DNA of 64,000 nucleotides. Source: Balanoglossus misakiensis. Its lineage: Eukaryota; Animalia; Hemichordata. The notes under the pieces were generated by a model. That model searched no databases. It saw only the letters and a program-made list of their open reading frames with translations, and had not been told where the DNA came from. A program made the translations under genes and the position numbers. The stretch spans positions 9,785,918-9,849,917 of the forward strand of contig CM082595.2 in the NCBI GenBank assembly GCA_040954595.2. The letters are read 5' to 3'. How positions within the stretch are numbered: position 1 is the first letter of the stretch; each line of letters opens with the position of its first letter. Below, piece after piece: positions 39,490-53,485 of this stretch.

Positions 39490-42400
39490 ATTCAGAACTA
39501 CCTAGTCTATGCCCGGCAGTGTTCTGTCCGCTTTGCTTCCAAAACTAATGTCTGGCCTCACTCATGCCACTTGCCCAATAAACTAATACCCCTTGCTGGG
39601 AATTATGATGTAACTAGCGTCGCTTTGAAGCCTATCACATTACTGAACAGTGTTGATTTGGTGTAAGATTATAGTGAAGGCAGGGCTTATTACATTGAAA
39701 ATGCTACCCAACCTTAATTACACGTATGTATATCATTTGTCTAATCATTGGAAAAACAATGTACATGTACCAAAGACTAAGTAGCTATTTGAAGGTGAAT
39801 CGCAAGTGGGCACTTTCATTACTTAACCTCAAGCAGTCGGTTAGCTACCGTATACTAAGACAAACATTCCTGGTGTAATTAACATCACTGTCATTAGTAA
39901 TATCTATCTCCAATCAGTATCAGTTCTGCCTTTATGTTATTTTAAGTCAATTGTCAAGGTTCATGTACATATATTACAGCTTAACTGTCTTGTCAAAAAC
40001 TTACGCATGTACATGTACCTAATTCTAGGCTTACCTGTAGGGTTAGAGATACAGTGTTTTATATTAATATGCATTAATATGAAACTAAAATTTGATGGTT
40101 AATTTAAGACCCCCCTGAGCAATGGTAACCTCGTTAAATATGTGCATATCTAATTCTAGGCTATTCAGCTGAAGTAGAAACCTGGACATGGACAACTTCG
40201 GGGTCAAAATCTTTTGACAAACATTTGTGTGATCTTGGGTAAACTTTGACCTACATTCCTATATTTTAGCATCCGGAGCAGATACAACCTTGACACTTGG
40301 AGTGATGGAACTATTTGATTGAGTATTATGTCTTGCCTCATTAATTATGTACTTACCTAATGCCAGCCTAACCAATAGGGCTGGAAGTCTGGCTTTTTGG
40401 ACATGATAAATTTGAGATCAACATTTTTCTACAGCAGCCAGCCTTCTCTTAAAAAGAATGGACAATATAAAGGCTTTGATGGTATACTGAACTTTTGACT
40501 CCCTCCCTGAGACTGTGTGCCAATGACGGGATAGCCTACTCAGCGTTGGGTAGATCCTAAGAAGGCCTCAGCCAGGCATCAAATACAAAAAGCGGAAATC
40601 CAAGCTTTAATGGTGGGTTACATCGTTAACTTCCCTGCAGAGCTGATTTCTCAGACTGTGAGCCAATGACGGGTAAAGCCCCTAGGTAGGGGCCACCTAA
40701 GACAGGCCGGTCATGCTTTAATCACAAAGAAGGGCAAGTTTAGTCTTACCACAACTTTGTCTGCTGTATATGCTTCATAAAGATTGCAGAGTATTTTGAG
40801 AATACATTGTGTTAAGGCAGTGTGACCAGCTAAAAAGTACTGGCAAACACAGCCAATGTGTAATGAAAAACATCTAATTTGGCTGAATAAAAGACATAAA
40901 ACACAGCAAAAGCACTGTGACTAGCTGAGACATAATATTCCATTATGCAGTTCCATCACTCCAAGTGTCAGGGATGTATCTGTGCCGGATGCCAAGATAT
41001 AGGAATGTAGGTCAAAGTTTACCCAAGATCACCCAACATTTTGTCAAAAGATTTTGACCCCAAAGTTGTCCATGTCCAGGTTTCTACCGCAACTGGATAG
41101 CCTAGAATTAGATATGTACATATTTAATGAGGTTACCATGGATCAAGGCAGTCCTAAGTAAACCATCAAATTTTTAGTTTCATGTTAATTCATGTTAATA
41201 TAAAACGCTGTATCTCTAACCCACTGGTATGCCATTCTGTGTTTCATGCTACCCAATATGGGTAAGTAGGTAAAAAGTCACCCTAGGCCAATTGAAATTT
41301 TGCTGAAAAAATCACGTCTCTTACATATGTACATTTGGTAAAAGGGAAATTTTAATCACGGAGTAGAACATATTCATAAAAAATATTTGAGGGAAAGAAG
41401 GAAGTTTTTCATAGCTTTGGTGCGTCAATTAGTAGAGAGGTTCCCTTGTTATCCTTAGACTCAAACTCAGAGTTTCCAATCTTTCAGTATTTTCATGATA
41501 TTACTTTCCATCTTAGATTTGTTCATCTAAACAAACTGACTGATAGGTATACATGAACATTTTATTGACTAATGAATGTGCCTGTATGTTGCAATTTAAA
41601 GAAGTCAGATATTAAACAAGCGCCACACCTGTTTTAATCAGCCTCCATATGGAGGGTACACATCGCAGAGAGATGACAAACCCCATGCAAATTCAAGTAA
41701 TATGTCTCAATGGTGCTGATTTTAAAGGATAGGTGGATGATTTGAAAAATGTTATTGTGGAAAAAGATGTGTAAAATTTGGCAGCTTGTGAGGCTTTAAT
41801 TGTAAAATCTTTGAAATGTGTTTTACTCTTTAGGTCCAATTTTGTATATGTCAATATACCATTGGGACCAATGTGAAATTGTTCTAAACTCAGAAACTCA
41901 AGAAGGTACTGGTCAGATTGCTTTAGAAATTGGTGTGTATTTATGTTATTGAGACTTTATACAGATTTTGTTTTTCATTTTTGAAGTATATTTTTGGGGT
42001 GATTTTGGTCGTCATATACTCAGAAACCTCTACCCACATTTTTTTTAAAATTTGGTTTGCATGTTCTTAGGTGTGATTTTATGACAATTTAACAAACCCA
42101 GTGATGGAAGTGACAATATTTTTTTTTTTTTTTTTGGCAATTACTGCCATTTTTGTCTGATTGCTTTGCAATTTAGTTTGCAGTTTCTAGGGAATTCTTA
42201 CTGTGGTGCACAAAATTCACAAAGGTGATTTACTATCCTCATGCGCTTTGTTGAACTGGCACCCTGTTGCAAAACAGACATTACAACACTCTTTGAATTG
42301 AATTCATAGCTACCAATTTTTCGGGGGTGTAGCACCTTTTTTATGCCTAAAACTTTGATCGAGAACTTCAAATTAAATGCAACCCTCCAAATATTTGCAA

Positions 42401-44802
42401 TATTTCAGGTAAAATGATTTAATTTTAAAGCATAAATTTTGATGTATTCATAATCATTAAGAAAAACACATTTTGAAAATAGAATATTAATCACACTAGC
42501 AGTCATAATACTTTTGAATCATCACTAAAGAACATATAGAAAAATTAAACAGGTGTTAATTATTTATATTTGAACGCAAAGCGTAAATTCCCTTGTGCCA
42601 TGGAATTGACAATCTGCAACTGGTGGGGTCCTTCTGCCAGTAAAAAGCATCAGATAAATTCTGCATGCTCATCACCGAGGCAATTTAGGTGTACTTTTGT
42701 ACTTTAAGAACTGTCGGTTTTCGCAACTGAAACTCTGTTCACAGGACAGAGGAAAAACTAGAATGACAACAGCTATGTAAGCTAACAAAAGGAACACAGA
42801 GCATAGTTCTCCATACTCACATTTTAATGCAATAATTTTTGCTGAAACTGGGGCGTCCGTGGGCAGGCAAAGGCAGTTCTAACTCGACTTGCAAATAAGG
42901 CCCATGTCTCTTGTTCGCTGAGATTGTCTGGTTCTAATAATAGCTGTAAGAACTTGATCATTGACCGAACTGTTGGTTCAATTTTGCAACATTTTATGAT
43001 TTCAAGCTGTGCAATATTTGCAACTCAGTTTCAACTTTGGTTGGAGGGATGATGATGAAGCCATTTCACTGACAAAATAGCGCTACTGATTGATGTCAAT
43101 GTTTGTTTACAGTCAAATGCATTGCCATCATAAAAATACATGTGAGAAATTTCTTATGTGTATGATACACACTTTTGTGCATGACTGCAAACTCTGTTAC
43201 AGTTGTGAAATTCTAAGGGTTGAATGCATTGGGTAGAATTCATGTTTTTTGGATTCTTAAACAACCAGTCACGAAAGCTAAGTGGTTACCTCAGAGAAAC
43301 TGTGTTAAATTTGGTCATCAATTGCTTTAAATCACACAAGACATTCCCAGAGCTAAAGTTACTGCAGCAGTCAGTTTCAACTCAGCTTGCAAATTGGGAT
43401 CATGTCTTGTGTTCATCGAGACTGTCTGTAGTCGAGTTGACAGTCCTATGGGGTCAATGATGAACCTACAAATGTTCTTTCCAATGAAATTGTTATAAAT
43501 CTAATATTCAGGATTTGCATTCATACCTTAAACAATATAACTGTATTGCAAATATGGCAACTCTTCTAAGTTACATTGGAACACCTTCTCGCCACTGTTT
43601 GTGCCAAAATGGTGAATAAGCTTTCATTTTCAAGCCTTAACATAGGCACCCAAAACAAGACAACAGCATTGCAAATATGGCATTTTTTGTTCAACTCTTC
43701 TCATTTGCATAGTCCAAAATGGCCGCCAAACTCCTCTAACATGTAAATTTCCTATGGTCGTCTTAAATAGTGTGTAGTATCGCATTTGAAGGGTTTTCAT
43801 CAATATGGGTACCTAAAACAATTTCAACGTGGTTGACATTGCAATGTTAGACAGCTGTTCTAATTTGCATAATCTAGAATGGCCGACAAACTTCTCTAAC
43901 ATGTAAATTTACTATGGTTGTCTTTAATAGTGTGTAATATCGCATTTGCAGGGTTTTCATCAATATGGGTAACTAAAACAATTTCAGCGTGGTTGACATG
44001 GCAATATTAGACAACTGTTCTAATTTGCATAATCCAAAATGGCCACCAAACTCTTCTTAAATGTAAATTTCCCTGTTTTGTCTTATATGGTGCCTAAAAT
44101 CGCATTTGCAGGGTTTTCATCAATATGGGTAACTAAAACAATTTCAGCGTGGTTGACATGGCAATATTACACAACTGTTCTAATTTGCATAATTCGAACA
44201 CCTGCTGGATAATTTAATTTTTGCCCTTCTTGTCCCATGATTATATGTGTAATATCTCATTTTCAATGTGTTTACATGTATATATGCAGAATCCATTTCA
44301 AACTAAGTGGGCATATTGTAGCGCCAATCTTATTTTTTAATCCGCACCACAGAACTGATGCAAGGTTTAGGACTGGAAATGTATGTGGCCACTGGCCGAC
44401 ACCCCGGGCGAGAGGTCTCCAATTATTTTCAGCACATAGTGTGCTTCCCGGTTGATAACATCAATATGTGTAAATGCCAAAAACCCGACCTATTGTAATA
44501 CCAGTCAAATTTTCTTTGTCATTTACCATTTTTCTCTTGCATATGAACGTTTTTCTTAAAGAGTACATACCCATATACATTTGTATGGGAGCACACATCC
44601 CCACCCCCTGCCAACAATAATTGGACAACTTTATTCTTCTTATACTTCTTTTTAGTCTAAACATTCATATAGAGAAGGCAACATGTTCTTGAAGCTGCTG
44701 ACTATGGAAATATGATGAAGTACATTTTCCTAGTTGTACATGTACAGTATGATAGGCCCAATGTACCAATTGGAGATGTGTGCCTTACAGGCAACATACA
44801 TG

Positions 44803-47350
44803 TAGCTCTGCATGGGCTGGTTAATCAATGTTGACGCAAAGGTTGACCCTACCAAACACTCAAAATTAATGGGCACGACACTGGCCACTAGCTCTGCATG
44901 GCCTGGTTAATCAATGTTGACGCAAAGGTTGACCCCACCAAACACTCAAAATTTATGGGCACGACACTGGCCACTAGCTCTGCATGGCCTGGTTAATCAA
45001 TGTTGACGCAAAGGTTGACCCCACCAAACACTCAAAATTGATGGGCACGACACTGGCCACTAGCTCTGCATGGCCTGGTTAATCAATGTTGACGCAAAGG
45101 TTGACCCCACCAAACACTCAAAATTGATGGGCACGACACTGGCCACTAGCTCTGCATGGCCTGGTTAATCAATGTTGACGCAAAGGTTGACCCCACCAAA
45201 CACTCAAAATTGATGGGCACGACACTGGCCACTAGCTCTGCATGGCCTGGTTAATCAATGTTGACGCAAAGGTTGACCCCACCAAACACTCAAAATTGAT
45301 GGGCACGACACTGGCCACTAGCTCTGCATGGCCTGGTTAATCAATGTTGACGCAAAGGTTGACCCCACCAAACACTCAAAATTGATGGGCACGACACTGG
45401 CCACTACAATGTAGCTCTGCATGGCCTGGTTAATCAATGTTGACGCAAAGGTTGACCCAACCAAACACTCAAAATTGATGGGCACGACACTGGCCACTAG
45501 CTCTGCATGGCCTGGTTAATCAATGTTGACGCAAAGGTTGACCCCACCAAACACTCAAAATTGATGGGCACGACACTGGCCACTAGCTCTGCATGGCCTG
45601 GTTAATCAAGGTTGACGCAAAGGTTGACCCCTCCAAACACTCAAAATTGATGGGCACGCCACTGGCCCCTAGCTCTGCATGGCCTGGCTAATCAAGGTTG
45701 ACGCAAAGGTTGACCCCACCAAACACTCAAAATTAATGGGCGCGACACTAGCCACTAGCTCTGGCCTGGCTAATCAATGTTGATGCAAGGGTTGACCCCA
45801 CCAAACACTCAAAATTGATGGGCACGACACTAGCCACTAGCTCTGGCCTGGCTAATCAAGGTTGACGCAAAGGTTGACCCCACCAAACACTCAAAATTGA
45901 TGGGCACGACACTGGCCACTAGCTCCGGCCTGGCTAATCAAGGTTGACGCAAGGGTTGACCCCACCAAACACTCAAAATTAATGGGCGCAACACTGGCCA
46001 CTAAGCTCTGGCCTGGCTAATCAATGTTGACGCAAGGGTTGACCCCACCAAACACTCATAATTGATGGGCACGACACTGGCCACTAGCTCTGGCCTGGCT
46101 AATCAATGTTGACGCAAGGGTTGACCCCACCAAACACTCAAAATTGATGGGCACGACACTGGCCACTAAGCTCTGGCCTGGCTAATCAAGGTTGACGCAA
46201 GGGTTGACCCCACCAAACACTCATAATTGATGGGCACGACACTGGCCACTAGCTCTGGCCTGGCTAATCAAGGTTGACGCAAGGGTTGACCCCACCAAAC
46301 ACTCAAAATTGATGGGCACGACACTGGCCACTAGCTCTGGCCTAGCTAATCAATGTTGACGCAAGGGTTGACCCCACCAAACACTCAAAATTGATGGGCA
46401 CGACACTGGCCACTAGCTCTGGCCTGGCTAATCCAGGTTGACGCAAGGGTTGACCCCACCAAACACTCAAAATTAATGGGCGCGACACTGGCCACTAAGC
46501 TCTGGCCTGGCTAATCAAGGTTGACGCAAGGGTTGACCCCACCAAACACTCAAAATTGATGGGCACGACACTGGCCACTAAGCTCTGGCCTGGTTAATCA
46601 ATGTTGACGCAAAGGTTGACCCCACCAAACACTCAAAATTAATGGGAACGACACTGGCCACTAGCTCTGCATGGCCTGGTTTATCAATGTTGACGCAAAG
46701 GTTGACCCCACCAAACACTCAAAATTAATGGGCACGACACTGGCCACTAGCTCTGCATGGCCTGGTTTATCAATGTTGACGCAAAGGTTGACCCCACCAA
46801 ACACTCAAAATTAATGGGCACGACACTGGCCACTAGCTCTGCATGGCCTGGTTAATCAATGTTGACGCAAAGGTTGACCCCACCAAACACTCAAAATTAA
46901 TGGGCACGACACTGGCCACTAGCTCTGCATGGCCTGGTTAATCAATGTTGACGCAAAGGTTGACCCCACCAAACACTCAAAATTAATGGGCACGACACTG
47001 GCTACTAGCTCTGCATGGCATGGTTAATCAATGTTGACGCAAAGGTTGACCCCACCAAACACTCAAAATTAATGGGCACGACACTGGCCACTAGCTCTGC
47101 ATGGCCTGGTTAATCAATGTTGACGCAAAGGTTGACCCCACCAAACACTCAAAATTAATGGGCACGACACTGGCCACTAGCTCTGCATGGCCTGGTTAAT
47201 CAATGTTGACGCAAAGGTTGACCCCACCAAACACTCAAAATTAATGGGCACGACACTGGCCACTAGCTCTGCATGGCCTGGTTAATCAATGTTGACGCAA
47301 AGGTTGACCCCACCAAACACTCAAAATTAATGGGCACGACACTGGCCACT
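44803..47350. repeat. 86-bp satellite/minisatellite, 30 copies
   Basis: Unit tagctctgcatggcctggttaatcaatgttgacgcaaaggttgaccccaccaaacactcaaaatt(g/a)atgggcacgacactggccac. 11 central units (45756-46661) are 82-83 bp and lack gcat. Confidence 0.98.
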
Positions 47351-48342
47351 ACATGTATTTGTGATATTTTACATGGTTAACCACGCCTTGAGAAAAGTAA
47401 TTATAAGAGAACTTTGTTTCCAAAGTTAGGGGAGAATAATCTAACGGGAGATGGGAGTACCTCAGGCTACTGAGCTCGTTCCCTTCCTCATGTACTTTAC
47501 TGGGCGTATTTGATGTACTATAATAATTCCGGACAATAAATGAACGTAAATCAGATACGTTTCTCCGTGGATCACGGTTCTCGTCAGAGCCCGTTACCTC
47601 ATCGCTACAGATTCCCCGATGCATGAACAATCATGAGAAACCAGCGGTAATACAAGTGTCACGATTGAGTTTTAACGATCATAGATCTTGTTTATGATTA
47701 CGTAAGAAGGCATTCACTTATATGGTTTTAGTCCAGTATTGACATTGGTACTTGACCCAGAGTAAACAAGATTGTGTAATTGATACATGTCAGAACGAGA
47801 TAGAGATATCACGCGCTAAGTTCATGTTTAAGAAATATCAAGATGACGTGTTCCTTTTATGACTTAATACTTGACTAACGTATTAATAAGGTGTGGTGAA
47901 ATTTGAGATCACACATTTATCACCGGAGATCCGTGATGGGAGTCAACGAGCATGGATCGAGTCGTGTAATTCTTACGTGTGACCAGTAATAAACCAGAAC
48001 TTTGTGTTACTCGGAAAACTTCTTGCAAGTCTCTGTCTACGAAAGGTTTACGATCTGCCGGGTACCTCTCTCGGACTTTATGAATATGTTGGGTGGAGAA
48101 GGAGATGGAGAGAATGTACGCCGTCAGCTTTCGGACGTGGCTGATTCCCCACAGAAGCCGATGAGGTAAACGTCCGGAGGACGACCGGCCGTAACAACAA
48201 ACTGCATGAATTAAAGTTCAACAATCCTTAGAAGACAGGAACGTCAGAGGTTGAATCTTGATGGGAAAAGGCGAGGTATCGCTGGTTATCATCCGCGTAC
48301 TGATGAAATTGTAGGATGTGGGGACGAATCGGTTTACTATAA

Positions 48343-48532
48343 AGTGGGGCTATATAAATGGTGAACAACAGAGGGGCAGTGGCACCCCATATACGAGAGG
48401 TGACTGTGAACTTGCAGTGTTTTCGATGATTACAGTTTGATATCTATATTGAAGGTAAGATGTAAACCATGTTAGTACTGTGTCTGAGATGCCAAGGTTC
48501 GATAGTCTACAAAGAAGTATCCCGTGATGCAA
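48343..48532 (-). mobile_element. LINE (CR1/L2-like) reverse transcriptase fragment
   Basis: HGILLCRLSNLGISDTVLTWFTSYLQYRYQTV...SPLVYGVP, then frameshifted PLLFTIYIAPL. This is the non-LTR RT GVPQGS.LGP.LF region with a deletion. Confidence 0.85.
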
Positions 48533-50261
48533 ATGTACAACTGAAGAAAAAAGGAATCACAAATCTTAAAACTAAGATGCCGTTAAGAATTAAATTTCGC
48601 GAAAAGGAAGTGACGAAATACGTACATTTTCAGGTGCTCTACAACAAGTAGTCTCCCTATCATCCCTATTGGAGCATGCAGCTAAAATTTACCATGACGT
48701 CATTGATTCTACGCGAACGTTTTTCTAATGGCGATAAACATATTTTGTATAAATTGTGCTCAAACGCCCGTGAATCTCACTCGCAAAAATTCACAAGTGG
48801 CGCATACAACACTAGGAAGAAAATTGTTTAGCAGTCTATAGAGTTTGTGACCTGAGATTTGGAAGTAAAAGTTAAACTTAAAAGTTGAGACAGAAGTGAT
48901 TGAAGAGTAAAGAAACTTTTGAAGTGTTAAGAAAGTTATCGCATTCCTGATGAAAAGAAAAGAAAATACAATACATTCATTGTTTTAAGGAACACAAGGA
49001 AGACAAGTACTATGCAATCAGAGTATGCATGGATCATTCATCTAAAAATATATCTCCGCGTCTTTTGGCGGGTAAAAATAAAATGCTGGAACGGTCTTTT
49101 GGATGGCGGACTATTTGTGTCCTTCAAGTGGTCGAGTAGGTTTATTTCATTAAATTCTTATATTCTCAGTTGCTACCATAAATACCCAGTGTTCGTGTCG
49201 ATGTATCTGGACGTCAGCACGATTCCATATAGGTACCTCTCAGTATTAGCCAAGCGAGTTATCCCCATCGATAGAGTTTAATTCCCCGTTACATTCCCAA
49301 CACCAATCCTCCCGCTTGACATTGAGGTTGAAGGTATACAAACCTTAGGAATCATGCAACCATCCAGAAAGTGTAATAAATTTTGAAGCTATGATGTGAG
49401 TTTTCAGTTCGTTTCTTCTTTTGATTTGTTGATGTAACATTGTGCGTTTTAAATAAAAGATAAACAAATGTACAGCAATGACGTCACAAAATTCACTGGT
49501 ATTGATAAAGCTATATTATATCATATATTATATGTGTTAAATACTACCGTATCTCATTATTGCAGTATTTCGTGCTTTAACACAAAATACGCGAATAGGG
49601 TTTAATACAAAACTAAATGACACAATTTCTGTTTCTTTGCCAAAATTCTTAATCACAAGATCAACCCATCCTTACGCCTCTACTCTATTGCTAAGAGAAA
49701 CCAGCGTCCGTAACATGCATTGTGAAACCCCTCAACAACATGCATGTCAACACTTCATTTTTTCTCCAGCATTGTCAGTTTGGTACCCTGACAACTCACG
49801 GGGCATCATGGGACAATATTAAAGCTGATTCAGTGTTTATGTGCATAAAACACACGGCGGTGGAAACATTCGTTTTAAATTATTGTGGACGCGCGCACGC
49901 CCTTGTCTGTGTACAGGTACTTGATGCTTGTCTACAGTCACGTGAAACGCTGTTGGTAGTACCCTAGAAGATAGATATCTTTAATCAGAACTTTGGTAAG
50001 GAAGGTTTGAGAAGTCCATTCTATGTAAAGAAAGTTTAAGAAGTGTGTTACCAAAGGGTGTGGGGGTGGCTGGGGGTCATCAATATATCACTCTGCATCA
50101 CGTTCACAGAAAAGGTCGCGACACGCCCACAAATCCACTCACGACTTGCGTCACCGGTTACAGGAGTTCGTACAAAAGTGTGGTTTATGCACATTTACAC
50201 TGAATCAGTTTTTTTGGCCCATGATGCCCATGGGCCAATACAGGCCACGATGCCTCCAGAA

Positions 50262-50505
50262 TGATGATGGCAATGATGGTGATGATGATGATTGTGGTGG
50301 TGGTGGTGGTGGTGGTGATTGAGCTTTAATTTCCCTTTCTTCCTGTCTAACCACTTCCTCTCTCACCTTCACTTATTCGGTCTCTCCCCTCCCCTTCTGT
50401 CAAAGTCCTCCCCTCATTCCCTTTCCATCCTGACATTCTCATTTCCGCCCTCTTGCTTTTCTTCTCCTTTCTCACATTCCTTTTCTCACCTCTCTCCCCC
50501 CTCCG
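50262..50505. repeat. (GAT/GGT)n microsatellite followed by a polypyrimidine tract
   Basis: Direct reading of the sequence. Confidence 0.9.
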
Positions 50506-51134
50506 TAACATGTTATGTAATATATAAAGTAAAAAAGTCCAAAGCATGATGTTATCACAGATGACATTTGGAATGTATTATTGTACTATCTGGTTTAATT
50601 TCAAACATAGTGGAGTTATTTATTGGCCAGTATTTAAGCATGTTTAAAGAAGTCAAACAGCATAATAGGCACATTTCATATCAAACAAAATTGACCAAAT
50701 AAGCTCAAAAGAGGATTTGAACAATTTGTCCCTTTAAGTAATGTTCAATATTGGATTTACACTTGTGATTGTATGTCATCTCCCTTTTGTTAGAAACCTC
50801 ACAGTCATATAATAAACAGGTGACCTGACAATCATTTGAAATACCAAACTTCGGCAGCTATTCCAGTTTGGTCCAAAAACCTAATTTTAACTGGCACCTC
50901 AACTTTAGGACTATTATGGATGTTGCTGAAACTTGAAGTGGGCTGCTTGTGAAGAGGAAGACGTGGAGTGTCTCTCAGACAACGCTGCGCTCAGTCAGAG
51001 ATAAAGTCAAAATATGGATTTGACTTGCAACAGTAATTTGTTAGTTAAGTCAAATTCAACTTAAATATGTCTCTTTGGGTCAGTCATAACGGGTGTAGCA
51101 TGCTGGAAGGGTGTGCTTACCCATTTCCGACACC

Positions 51135-51590
51135 TAGTACCACAGGGGCTGCAAACATGAAAGTTATAAATGGCGAAGTACGTTCCATTCTGCGTTTTCC
51201 CAACCTGTCTTATCATTTGCTAATCCAGAATAAAAGCTATCCATTTCCCATTGCTAACGACTTAATCTGTGTGCCCCATCCATGGATTAAGTTAATAAAG
51301 TAAACATCGGTCAGCGAGTACTGGGTATTCTCTTACCAAGTGAGAACTGACCGATGTTTACTTAATCCACTAAATCCGTGGATGGGGCACACAGATTAAG
51401 TCGTTAGCAGGTGCTTAATGGGAAATGCAATAGTTTGTATTCTGGATTAGCAACTGCTAAGACAGGTGGAGGTAACACAGAAAAATAAACAAGCACAAAG
51501 ACTGTTCATCAATTAATGTTTATTGGGGGAAAATGCAGGAACTCCGCCTTTTATAACTTTCATGTTTGCAGCCCCCCTGTGCGAGTACTA
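51135..51590. mobile_element. Hairpin/MITE-like palindromic element
   Basis: Nested inverted matches: ggggctgcaaacatgaaagttataaa / tttataactttcatgtttgcagcccc; gctaacgacttaatctgtgtgccccatcca / its reverse complement; aagtaaacatcggtcag / ctgaccgatgtttactt. Centre near 51330. Confidence 0.8.
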
Positions 51591-53220
51591 CCACTTAGCA
51601 GTGGTTCAAGATGATCCTGTTGAAATTGTAAGTTTTTCTCTTATTTCTTTTTTGAACCTGGACCTGGTAATTAGCTTAGCTTGAGTAATATTGATTATTG
51701 GACCTGGTTTGATGTCTTATTATAACAACTACAGAAGAATCTCTGGACACAGTGAAATACACTCCAGGGTTATGGTAATGACTGACAAATTGTCAGTTTA
51801 AAAAAGTAGACAAAGAACTCAGTTAAATATTATAATAAAAATATGCTTTTAATATAAGGAAAAGGTACAATTGATATACTTGTAATTAAAACATAAATAT
51901 AATGATGAAATTCTTCAACTGTTCTGTAGTTGCACCAGTATTTGTATAAGCTAAAAATGTTGACTTCTGGCAGGACAACTCAAACAGATATTAAACTTAT
52001 TTATAGTACTTCCACTTCATGACTTTGTTCAAAAATTTCCCAAACTTATTTCATTGTTGATGAGTTGTCACCTCCGAACAACACAAAAAGGAACAGTTTG
52101 TATAAAAAAGTAATTTTGCATGAATCTTAAACATACATGCACAAGTTGAGTGAATAACACAATATAATCATATTCTACAATGAATTACAATATCAAGATT
52201 AAGGGTTTCACATATGACATTACATTGCTACATTTTATATACATGAATTTAATTTGAAAAATTTCCATTGATCTATAACACCATGAATAATATAAAAATA
52301 TGCGAATAAATACTTTGAATTATTATATATACATGTCAGGTCTCAAAGTGAGTAACTATATTTCCATTCACCTATGAACTGGTTATTAACCAAATGAAAT
52401 GATAGGATCTTTTATTTTGAGGATCTTATAATTGTGATCATACACATCCATATTCCAAAATTTGCATGCCAAACAAATATCAGATTTATACGGCCAGTTG
52501 TAAAGACAGTACAAGGGGCAAAAAAATTGATAATAGTTAATCATCATCTCCCTTCTTTTACAGTCTTGGAGAATGGTGACGGTTGAAGTCAAATTAAAGA
52601 AAAATATCAAGAAAAATATCAAAATTTGAAGCACTAATTCAGGAGGATATATATCATCGGGAGGTAGTCACTGAATATATTGAGAGAAATAATTCATAAT
52701 CTATGCATTTGGATGAAAAGACCTTCTATCTGATCAAGTTAAGGATAAATGCTGCCTTGTATGAATACAGAAGCAAGTCAGCATGCAAAGGGAGAGCTGA
52801 ATTGGTACACTGTTAAATTTGTCCTCCAAATTCAACAAAAATATGTTGTTGTTTAGGAATTCTCGTATTATCATATCTTTTTCATTACACAATACCTTAT
52901 AATAAGTCATAACAAATTTTTAAGGAAAATTCTTTAAAATATGTAAAATATATAGCCTTATAACCAACATACTTTAAAGATGATTATTTATGATCATTTC
53001 ATTCAGATGTTGCTAAGAGTGTAATAATAAAGATCTGTTTCACTCCAACCAATTTAATGTGCGCTTATCACAGTACTGTCGTCTGACAAAGCATAACTAT
53101 TATTGTTATCATTTATGGGATTATACCAAGCTTATCACAGTACTGTGTCAACTCACAAAATGAAAACCATTCTAGTTATCATTTGAATTATACCATACAT
53201 GTACACACAGAGATGGCACA

Positions 53221-53485
53221 TTAGAAGTATCTGTCTCCGTGACTCTCATGAAATAGTTCATTTCTACTCTTAAGAGGCCTTGGTCTCCATTCCTCACTTC
53301 CACTGGCACTACCACTGTCACCACTATACATGGGATTGTAGTGATAGATTTCTCTGAAGGCTTCCTCATCTTCCACACTTTTCCCTGCCTTGCTATCAAC
53401 ATCATCTGTATCATCAAACCAATGGATATCCATAGTTGCCTCTTGTTCTTCCCAGCCTGGATGTTTCTTTCCTCCAAGAGCACAC
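53221..53485 (-). CDS. Terminal exon: cytoplasmic tail with NPxY
   Basis: ttcag acceptor, CALGGKKHPGWEEQ...IYHYNPMYSG...HGDRYF-stop, followed by an AT-rich putative 3' UTR. Confidence 0.85.

Larger units (their letters stand above)
34787..44800. repeat. Right arm of giant imperfect palindrome
   Basis: Reverse complement of 17293-28464, from attgagcatgcgca to ccttacaggcaacataca. It ends at the satellite. Confidence 0.95.

Noticed and set aside
44803-47350. CRISPR-like array
   Set aside because: There are no unique spacers or cas genes. It is a head-to-tail satellite in eukaryotic DNA. The same applies to the 69-bp arrays.
47400-48340. Possible LTR/gag remnant (AATAAA followed by MLGGEGDGENVRRQL...)
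   Set aside because: No second LTR, PBS or TSD was found and the frame is quickly interrupted.
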